Of a DNA stretch of 60,144 nucleotides, positions 7,694 through 14,950 are shown piece by piece. The notes beneath the pieces were generated by a model. That model had not been told where the DNA came from, made no database searches, and worked only from the letters and a program-made list of their open reading frames with translations. This stretch comes from an uncultured Candidatus Saccharibacteria bacterium (GTDB lineage: Bacteria; Patescibacteriota; WWE3; UBA101185; UBA10185): positions 1 through 60,144 of the forward strand of contig CAZBAJ010000006.1 of assembly GCA_964490125.1 (NCBI GenBank), read 5' to 3'. Within the stretch, counting starts at the first letter, position 1, and each line of letters opens with the position of its first letter. The translations under genes and the position numbers were made by a program.

Positions 7694-10633
7694 TTTTTTG
7701 CTATACTTATGTTAATGCCTAAAGTCAAAATAAAATTTATAGGACTGGCAGTAGTAACTGCTTTAATTATTGCCTTGATGTTTGCGTTTGTAGGTGTAGG
7801 GCTTGGGCTAGTAGGTAAAAATTTGCCTTTTGCCCGGTTCAATACTATCTTTGGGTTTAAACAGGGCATTTTTGACGATCCAAGAAAAGATAAAAACCTT
7901 ACCACCGATCAAATAAATGCCTTGTCTCTCCTGTCGTCAAACTACTTACAAACAGAGGTTGTCTCCAGCGGTAATACAACAATAACCTTTGCCACCACAC
8001 AAGATGCCGTCCACACCCGCATTAAGGAACCTAACTTTGAGGGTCTATTTATAGAACCCATGAATCAGCCAAAAATGGAGGTTTTGGGAAGTCAGTCAGA
8101 AAATCAGGTGGACAATCGCGACGACAATCAAACGGACAAAAAATCAGTCAACCAGTATGTTTTTACGGACAGTCAAACGGGGACTAAATTTGTCTATACA
8201 CTAAAAGAAGACGAGTTGAAGCAGGACATTATATTGCCCCAAAGTCCTCAAGCCAGCCAGTTTACGGTTTATGTTGTAACAAAAGGTATGGAAGTTGATA
8301 TTGATCAAAAGGGCAGGGCGGTTTTTGCGGACGCGCAAGGGCTTGCGCGGTTTATTTTAATTGCGCCGTGGGCAAAAGACGCGGGCGGTAGTGAAACCAA
8401 AAAGCTTTCTTATAAACTAAACCAGGCAATTTTGTCGCAGGAAGACTTAGCAAGCAGTACGACTTTAGCGGATGGGGCGGGTGTCGCAACAAAAGCAACA
8501 AATATACCCAATACAGTTAAGGACGAGCAACTTGGCGGGGGATTTTCTAAATCGTTAGACACCCAAAATGTCCAAAAATTAGTGGCAGAAGGAAGTCAGC
8601 TGTTTAACCTTGAACTTGTGGTGGATGAAGAGTGGTTAAAAAGTCCACAAAGGGTTTATCCCATAACCATAGACCCCAGCGTGCAAATTGGTACACCGCT
8701 TAATTATTCCCAGCAGTCCAAATACTGTCCGCCCGGCAATACAGAAACAAATTGTGATGCGCTATACCAGCCCGCGCCACTAGCCGAGTATTATTTTGAC
8801 GACGCCACGGGTACTACAGTTAAGGACTCTACCGCCAACGGTTATACGGGCACTTTTACGGGTAGCGGAACCGGTGGTACTACATGGACACGCCAGGGCA
8901 AAATTAACTTTGCCGGGCTTTTTAACGGCACAGACGACTTTGTGGATGTAGGCACAGGTCCTACTGGCATAAAAAGCGTGGGTTTTTGGGTGTATCCCGC
9001 CACCACCACGGAATATTTTGTAGACTTAAACGGCTCCGCTTATATTTGGGCAAACGCGGGCACGCTAACGGCAACAGGCTTTACCAGCCCGACTGTTTAT
9101 ATTAACGGCGTTAAAGCAACAACCATTGAGGCAAACAAGTGGCAGTATGTTGCGGTAACTTCTGCCACCGCTGTGGACGCCACAGATTTAGATTTAGGAC
9201 GACTAGAAGGCACGGATTATTTTGCCGGCAGACTTGACCACGCAAGGTTTTATAACTATGTAAGGACGCCAGCGCAGGTAGCGTGGGATTTTAACGCCGG
9301 CGCGCCTGTAACTTGGTACAAATTTAATGAAAACACAGGTACTGCTATTGGCGACTGGGGCGTTGGGGGGGATGGTTACCGTGGTAATAACTTAACTTTA
9401 ACCGTGGGAGCCGGGGGAACTTATGATACCGCAACCCAAGTTTGGGCAAACGGCAATCCGGGTAAAATTGCCATCTCTATGGATTTAGACGGCACAGACG
9501 ACTACGCTTCTACCGCCAATGTGGCACTGCTTGCTTCCAATTCTACTACTTACACTAATTTATCTTGGGGGGCGTGGGTTAAACCTAGGATAACCGTTAC
9601 CCGTACAATAATCCATAAAAATAATGAGTTTAGGTTAAGGCTAACGGATGTTTCTGTGCCATCTTGTCAAATATACGCAAGTAGCGCATGGCAGACGGGG
9701 GCGGTTTCCGGTGGCGTAATTCCAACAAATTCATGGTCACACATATTATGCGCTTACGACGGGGCAAATATAAAAGTGTATGTTAACGGGGTCTTGCGTG
9801 GTACACAGCCGTTAACAAACGCGGTAACTTCTACCAGCGCTACTGCCATAAATGTAGGACGGGACAGCGGTGGTAGCGAGTATTTTAGTGGGGCAATTGA
9901 TGAGGCCCGCGTGTACTCATACGCGTTAACACCTATCCAAGCCAAAACTGCTAAAAACGATGGCATTGTAGCCTATGGGCGCGCCCCCGTTACCGCGGAA
10001 CTTCCACAAAGTTTTATTTGTGGCAAACCCATTACTGTTCAACATGTGGCTAGTAACGGCGTTGCCCCGGTAGATAAAACCGTAAGTTACGGTACAGTGC
10101 TTACGGGTATTGGCGGTACGGGTGACAAATGCTGGATTACCCAAAATTTAGGGGCTACTAACCAAGCAAGCACGGTTAGTGACGCTACGGAGGCGTCCGC
10201 AGGGTGGTACTGGCAGTTTAACCGCAAGCAGGGCTACAAGCACGACGGTACTACCAGAACACCAGCTACTGCCTGGAATGCCACCGAGGATAACACTTAT
10301 ACGGGCTGGGACCCGGCAAAAGATCCATGCGCTTTAGAATTAGGTGCGGGTTGGAGGTTACCCACTTCCGCGGAGTGGACTGTAGCAGATGTTCCGTGGA
10401 CAACTTGGCAAACTCCCGGGCCCTGGGATTTACCATTAAGAATTCATGCAGCCGGCTACCTCGATAGCTCCTCTGGAGCCCTTACCTATCGTGGTACCTT
10501 CGGCTCCTACTGGAGTAGTACCCAGTCCTCTGCTACTAACGGGTACCGCCTCCGCTTCGGCAGTGGCTACAGCACCCTGGATTTCTTCAGTAAGGCCAAC
10601 GGTTTGCCCGTCAGGTGCCTTAGGAATCTCTAA
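7664..10633 (+). CDS. DGR target protein 2: TM anchor, shared scaffold, LamG/ConA-like domains, C-terminal FISUMP-like CLec domain with VR2; true start probably ATG 7715
   Basis: LamG-like motifs (WQYVAVT, FAGRLDHARFYNY, WSHILCAYDG, FSGAIDEARVYSYAL); C-terminus aligns to TR; TATACT box 7 nt before ATG 7715. Confidence 0.9.
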   Translation: MFTIKTHFWRFFAILMLMPKVKIKFIGLAVVTALIIALMFAFVGVGLGLVGKNLPFARFNTIFGFKQGIFDDPRKDKNLTTDQINALSLLSSNYLQTEVVSSGNTTITFATTQDAVHTRIKEPNFEGLFIEPMNQPKMEVLGSQSENQVDNRDDNQTDKKSVNQYVFTDSQTGTKFVYTLKEDELKQDIILPQSPQASQFTVYVVTKGMEVDIDQKGRAVFADAQGLARFILIAPWAKDAGGSETKKLSYKLNQAILSQEDLASSTTLADGAGVATKATNIPNTVKDEQLGGGFSKSLDTQNVQKLVAEGSQLFNLELVVDEEWLKSPQRVYPITIDPSVQIGTPLNYSQQSKYCPPGNTETNCDALYQPAPLAEYYFDDATGTTVKDSTANGYTGTFTGSGTGGTTWTRQGKINFAGLFNGTDDFVDVGTGPTGIKSVGFWVYPATTTEYFVDLNGSAYIWANAGTLTATGFTSPTVYINGVKATTIEANKWQYVAVTSATAVDATDLDLGRLEGTDYFAGRLDHARFYNYVRTPAQVAWDFNAGAPVTWYKFNENTGTAIGDWGVGGDGYRGNNLTLTVGAGGTYDTATQVWANGNPGKIAISMDLDGTDDYASTANVALLASNSTTYTNLSWGAWVKPRITVTRTIIHKNNEFRLRLTDVSVPSCQIYASSAWQTGAVSGGVIPTNSWSHILCAYDGANIKVYVNGVLRGTQPLTNAVTSTSATAINVGRDSGGSEYFSGAIDEARVYSYALTPIQAKTAKNDGIVAYGRAPVTAELPQSFICGKPITVQHVASNGVAPVDKTVSYGTVLTGIGGTGDKCWITQNLGATNQASTVSDATEASAGWYWQFNRKQGYKHDGTTRTPATAWNATEDNTYTGWDPAKDPCALELGAGWRLPTSAEWTVADVPWTTWQTPGPWDLPLRIHAAGYLDSSSGALTYRGTFGSYWSSTQSSATNGYRLRFGSGYSTLDFFSKANGLPVRCLRNL
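10447..10621 (+). repeat. DGR variable repeat VR2
   Basis: Ungapped 175-bp alignment to TR: 21 mismatches at TR adenines (all in AAY codons) and one T>G. Confidence 0.97.
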
Positions 10634-10705
10634 CATGGTTGGTAGCGTACCTCTTAGTCCCGCCAAAGGCGGGACCTTGATTTATTTGTCAATTTGACTA
10701 TTTTG
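10622..10705 (+). repeat. 84-bp tail after VR2, identical to 6723-6806
   Basis: Base-for-base identity. Confidence 0.95.
10657..10675 (+). promoter_or_regulatory. DGR target-recognition hairpin after VR2
   Basis: GTCCCGCC-AAA-GGCGGGAC. Confidence 0.85.
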
Positions 10706-10768
10706 TTTTTTTCCCCTACAATGCCCGCGGTTAGAGATAAACGCTAGAGCTCGCGTAACCACGGTTAC
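10694..10768 (+). repeat. 75-bp direct repeat (promoter plus leader hairpin), left flank of DUF3800 module
   Basis: 73/75 identical to 11545-11619; contains TTGACT-17 nt-TACAAT and GTAACC-AC-GGTTAC. Confidence 0.92.
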
Positions 10769-10794
10769 ATTTAACTGATGCCCCAAAAGTCACC

Positions 10795-11445
10795 ATGGAA
10801 AATGCCACAAAACCTAAAAGAATTTATATATTCCTTGACGAATCCGGCACCCTTCCCGATCCCAAAGATACCGTAGTTATTGTTGCTGCGGTGGGAACAG
10901 TTCAACCACAGCAACTATCTAGGGTAACCACTAAGACCAGAAGCCACTTACAAAAAGGTAAAAATAAGTCATCGGAAATTAAATTTTATAATGCTGGGGA
11001 TAAAACTCGCATTACCTTTCTTAAAGAACTTATGGAAAAAGACATCCAACTGTTTACTTTAACTATTGAAAAGCCGGGTCAAAGTATACTCGATACACCA
11101 GAAAACTTTGCTCTTTTATGTTGGCTTCTTTTAGAAGAGTGTTTTTTATTTTACGGTCAAGAAAATTACGAGGTAGTTTTTGACAAACACTTTCACAAGA
11201 AAACAGACAGAGAGGTTTTTGATGCTGGGCTTATGGAGTTAATCGGTAGAAAGCTCTCTATCATCCATGCGGATAGTGTCAATGACACGCGGGTAAATAC
11301 TGCCGATATGGTGGCAGGTAGCATTCTATACTATAGAACCGGGAAAAATAAACAGTTTTACGAGATGATTAAAGAAAAAATTATTAGCGAAAAAGTTTTG
11401 CACTGGAAAGTGGCAAAGAAAAGTCTATTTAGGTACGGAAAGTAA
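10795..11445 (+). CDS. DUF3800 domain protein (putative nuclease)
   Basis: N-terminal IFLDESG and C-terminal DS...TADMVAGSI motifs. Confidence 0.8.
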   Translation: MENATKPKRIYIFLDESGTLPDPKDTVVIVAAVGTVQPQQLSRVTTKTRSHLQKGKNKSSEIKFYNAGDKTRITFLKELMEKDIQLFTLTIEKPGQSILDTPENFALLCWLLLEECFLFYGQENYEVVFDKHFHKKTDREVFDAGLMELIGRKLSIIHADSVNDTRVNTADMVAGSILYYRTGKNKQFYEMIKEKIISEKVLHWKVAKKSLFRYGK

Positions 11446-11492
11446 CAAAATCTCGTCGAACCGATGCAAGCATCCATCCAAACGAGATAAGT
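11446..11492 (-). ncRNA. Putative small structured RNA convergent on the DUF3800 gene
   Basis: ATCTCGT/ACGAGAT 7-bp stem (11450-11488) enclosing GATGC-AA-GCATC; T4 tract follows on the minus strand; own promoter upstream. Confidence 0.6.
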
Positions 11493-11498
11493 GTGATA

Positions 11499-11527
11499 AT
11501 TCTATCAAGTGGATACATTAAAGTCAA
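11499..11527 (-). promoter_or_regulatory. sigma70 promoter for the DUF3800-adjacent sRNA
   Basis: Minus strand TTGACT (11527-11522)-17 nt-TAGAAT (11504-11499). Confidence 0.75.
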
Positions 11528-11544
11528 ATTTTAGTCTACACTCC

Positions 11545-11619
11545 TTGACTATTTTGTTTTTTTCTCCTACAATGCCCGCGGTTATAGATAAACGCTAGAG
11601 CTCGCGTAACCACGGTTAC
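11545..11619 (+). repeat. 75-bp direct repeat, right flank of DUF3800; contains the promoter of the TR-avd-RT transcript
   Basis: TTGACT (11545)-17 nt-TACAAT (11568-11573); 73/75 identical to 10694-10768. Confidence 0.92.
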
Positions 11620-11760
11620 GCTTGGAGAGCGTGTTAGAGTGTGGTTACCCACCCCGCTTTAGCGGGGTTAAAAAAGAAGACTACGCGTCTGGAAACTTAC
11701 CCGTAGTCTCGCAAAATTTGGTGCAACAGCCAAACATTAGTGGTGACTTTAGCGCTAGGT

Positions 11761-11935
11761 TGCAGCCGGCTACCTCAATAGCTCCTCTGGAGCCCTTACC
11801 AATCGTGGTACCAACGGCAACTACTGGAGTAGTACCCAGAACTCTGCTACTAACGGGTACAACCTCAACTTCAACAGTGGCAACAGCAACCTGAATAACA
11901 ACAGTAAGGCCAACGGTTTTCCCGTCAGGTGCCTT
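11761..11935 (+). repeat. DGR template repeat TR
   Basis: 49 adenines and 15 AAY codons in the VR frame; in-frame TAG directly upstream (non-coding); 3' end GGAGACTCTAA differs from VR AGGAATCTCTAA (IMH*/IMH). Confidence 0.97.
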
Positions 11936-12020
11936 GGAGACTCTAAGTCTTTAGCCCCTGCCTCCTGTCCAAGTCCTACCAAATTCTGTCCACCAAAATA
12001 TTATTATTAACTAAAAGCTT

Positions 12021-12404
12021 ATGGCACTATATACAGCCTTACCCGTCTATAAAAGAACCTACCAACTATTAATGGAGCTAATTACCACCTGCGCGCTTTT
12101 GCCCAGGCTGTACAAGCATACTTTTGGTGAACGCATTCAGGAGGAAGCCATAGAAATGGTCCTTGATATTTACAAATCCAACTCTTCTTACAGCAAGGTG
12201 GACTATATTGGCAAAGCCCGTGAGCATGTAGAAACCTTGCGCCTGCTTATAAGGCTTTTGCACGACACCAAGAAGATCACCCAAAAGCGCATGATTTACC
12301 TAAATACTTATATAGAGGACATTAGTAAGCAGTTAACGGGTTGGCAAAAAAGTAGTGGGACTATAAAGCCGTCCGATTTACCGGACTCGTTATCTACAAA
12401 TTAA
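12021..12404 (+). CDS. avd: Avd-like four-helix-bundle DGR accessory protein
   Basis: LPVYK...LPRLYKHTFGERI...LRLLIRLL...SKQLTGW pattern; located between TR and RT. Confidence 0.88.
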   Translation: MALYTALPVYKRTYQLLMELITTCALLPRLYKHTFGERIQEEAIEMVLDIYKSNSSYSKVDYIGKAREHVETLRLLIRLLHDTKKITQKRMIYLNTYIEDISKQLTGWQKSSGTIKPSDLPDSLSTN

Positions 12405-12412
12405 GACCAAAT

Positions 12413-13800
12413 ATGTCAAATATCGACAGACATACCAATCTAACCAACCACGCCAACCATACGCATATGCCTAATATGCCTACTAACAAGTTTGCTAATA
12501 CACCTAATACATCCAATACATCCGATACACCCAATTCAACCGCTTCTGGAGATCCCGCGGATTCTCTCATAAACGATCTTTTTACCGCGTACTATTGCGC
12601 CCGCAAAAACAAACGCAACACTTTTAATCAGCTAAAGTTTGAGTACGACTATGAAAGTAATTTGTTTAAACTTTACCGGCTTATTTTAAGTCGTACCTAT
12701 AAACCCTTGCCGGAAATTGCTTTTATTGTAAATAAGCCCGTAAAGCGGGAAATTTTTGCCGCGGATTTTAGAGACAGAGTCGTCCACCACCTGATATTTA
12801 ATTGTTTAAACCCTATTTTAGAAAAGTATTTTATTAACGACTGTTATTCTTGTCGGATAGGGAAGGGGACCTCTTACGGAATTAAACGCGCAGTTAAGCA
12901 TATGCGGGCGTCATCAAATAATTATACGGAGGATTGCTATGTTCTAAAGTTGGATATTCAGGGTTATTTTATGAGTATAAATAAGACTATTTTGTATGGG
13001 GCGGTTAAGGGTTATTTGGCTAAAGAAAAGGCTAAAAGGGGTGTTTTACCGTTTGACGAGGATTTGGTGGACTTTTTGCTAAAGGTGATTATTTTTAACG
13101 ATCCCACCAAAAATTGCCGATTTAAGGGTTGGCCACAGGACTGGTGCGGTCTACCAAAGTCCAAGAGCTTGTTTTATGCCGAGCCATGTTGCGGTTTGCC
13201 TATTGGTAATTTAACCAGTCAGCTGTTTGGCAATGTTTATTTAACAGGGTTTGACCATTTTGTTAAGCGAAATTTAGCCATTAACTATTACGGTCGGTAT
13301 GTGGACGACTTTGTTTTAATGCATACGGACGAGCAGTATTTAAATTCGCTTATACCCGTAATGTCTAGTTTTTTAGTGTCGGTTTAAAACTTACCTTGCA
13401 TCCTCATAAGGTTTATTTTCAACATTATGCCAGAGGACTAAAGTTTTTAGGCGTTATTATTAAGCCTGGCAGAATTTATATTGGGTCACGGGTTAAGGGG
13501 AACTTTTACCTCGCTATTATGGAGCAAAATAGGGTTTTAGATCAGCCGGGTTTGTGTCGGATCGAGTTTTCCCGTCAAGAGGAGTTTTCTTCACAATCGT
13601 TAGTTTTTAAGCAACGCAAGGATTGTAACACGGTTAATGTTGTTGCTCCTTCCGTGACGGAAATAAAGGGTTTTATTAGCGTCATGAATTCTTACCTAGG
13701 GTTGATGAAACACTATCAAACCTATAAATTGTGTCGTAAGTTTGTGCTTAAAAACCTAGACCCCTGTTGGTGGGATTATGTTTACTTAAAACCTTTGTAA
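12413..13800 (+). pseudogene. DGR reverse transcriptase split by one -1 frameshift (ORFs 12413-13387 and 13369-13800 in the -1 frame); ~462 aa if joined
   Basis: RDRVVHH, LKLDIQGYF, GLPIGNLTSQLFGN and YVDD in the first ORF; LTLHPHK...GLKFLG and NSYLGLMKH in the second. Confidence 0.9.
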
Positions 13801-14022
13801 GAGTGGGATGCGTCTACCCCAGAACGAGATAACATTACCAAACCTCCAAAATATCCAGTAAAGTAACCTTTAACGATCTGCGCACACCGGCTGGATAGAT
13901 GTTGTAAGATTAAAACCCTACACTTCCCGTATTTAAGGTAGAAACCACAAAGAACCCTCTGCGGATCTTCTCTTGAATGTCCTTCGAGTCCTTATGCCGA
14001 TAACTCTTAGCTAGGGTCGTCT

Positions 14023-14900
14023 TAGATATTAATTAGATGCCACCTAAATAGAGGTAAAGTTTTGCAACTGATCTTTTGTTTATGCAGAAGAATAAAATAT
14101 GCCCCAAAGGGCACATATTTAAACGAACTAAGTCCCGTATTCCGTCAATTTAAGATTGTTACTAGAGCAAATAAAGTATGACAAATGCTTGTTAGTTCAC
14201 TTATAAAAATACGCGAACTATTTCCGTCCTGTAATAACAACAAAACTCACATAATGTTAAAAAATAAGTGAACTATTTTGGGAGCCTGGTTTTAAGGTTG
14301 TCAAGATAACCTAAAAACACAGACACATAAAAACATATTCAAACACCCAAACAAACATCTAAATACAAAAACCTCCACCCAGCCACCCAAGATAAACAAA
14401 CACTCATATAAATACATACATACATACATACATACATACATACATACATACATACATACATACATAAACAGACAGATTATTAGACGGGTAATAAATAAGT
14501 AAATACAAAAATACAAACTAACCCAAACACCCAACAGCATAAACAACAAAAACCAAAATTAAATTAGAAAACTAAAACACCAAAACTAAAACACCTAAAA
14601 ATATAACTATTACTGCCAATATTAAACACTCCACCGCCGTGACCGTGATAACAGCCACCGTAGCCTATGATATTTAAGAACTAGGGTAGTTCGTTAATTA
14701 TTTTAGAAAACTAGGTATTTGCTTTAACAACAGCTTAAAAATAGTTCGCAAATAAATATAACTGAACAATGTCACAAATGTCATACAGTTAACGCCGTAG
14801 TAAAAGCCTTAAATCTATAAAAAGCAGTTTATTGTTCGTTTAAATATAGGGTCTAAGACCTAATAAAAAAAGAACCTGCGACGACAAAAAATACTATAAT
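14023..14900 (-). repeat. Long non-coding repeat element, copy A (inverted relative to B and C)
   Basis: Both arms match 16393-17255 in reverse complement; 14-bp inverted repeat 14115-14128/14834-14847; seven TAGTTC/GAACTA boxes. Confidence 0.88.
14413..14464 (+). repeat. (TACA)13 microsatellite
   Basis: 13 perfect tetramer units counted. Confidence 0.97.
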
Positions 14901-14950
14901 ATCCAGCGCGAAGGGTATAACATGTAAGTTGATTTTGCTAAAATAACCCT

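Larger units (their letters stand above)
5220..13800 (+). mobile_element. Diversity-generating retroelement with two targets: target1, target2, TR, avd, RT, interrupted by two cargo genes
   Basis: 175-bp TR differs from two in-gene VRs almost only at TR adenines; four-helix Avd-like gene and YVDD reverse transcriptase follow TR; an identical hairpin follows both VRs. Confidence 0.97.

Noticed and set aside
11622-11894. ORF overlapping TR (and the similar ORFs 10446-10697, 10436-10666, 6537-6767)
   Set aside because: Alternate-frame or antisense shadows of TR/VR; the VR frame of TR has a TAG immediately upstream.
6548-11935. Three similar 175-bp repeats as a CRISPR array or simple gene duplication
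   Set aside because: No repeat-spacer periodicity or cas genes; adenine-specific mismatches identify TR/VR.
13376-13440. Frameshift-stimulating hairpin downstream of the slippery site
   Set aside because: Only 4-5 bp weak stems (ACCTT/AAGGT); not enough to claim a programmed signal.
12413-13800. RT as a group II intron maturase or retron
   Set aside because: Adjacent avd, TR and VRs; no intron domain V or msr-msd structure seen.
14301-14549. 82-aa hydrophobic ORF in element A
   Set aside because: Arises from the TACA tract and G/T-rich strand (MYVC repeats); no equivalent ORF is listed in copy B.
14678-14692. GAAC...GTTC boxes as LexA SOS boxes
   Set aside because: Spacing is GAAC-N7-GTTC, matching neither the Firmicute N4 palindrome nor the direct-repeat type, and the boxes are not at promoters of repair genes.
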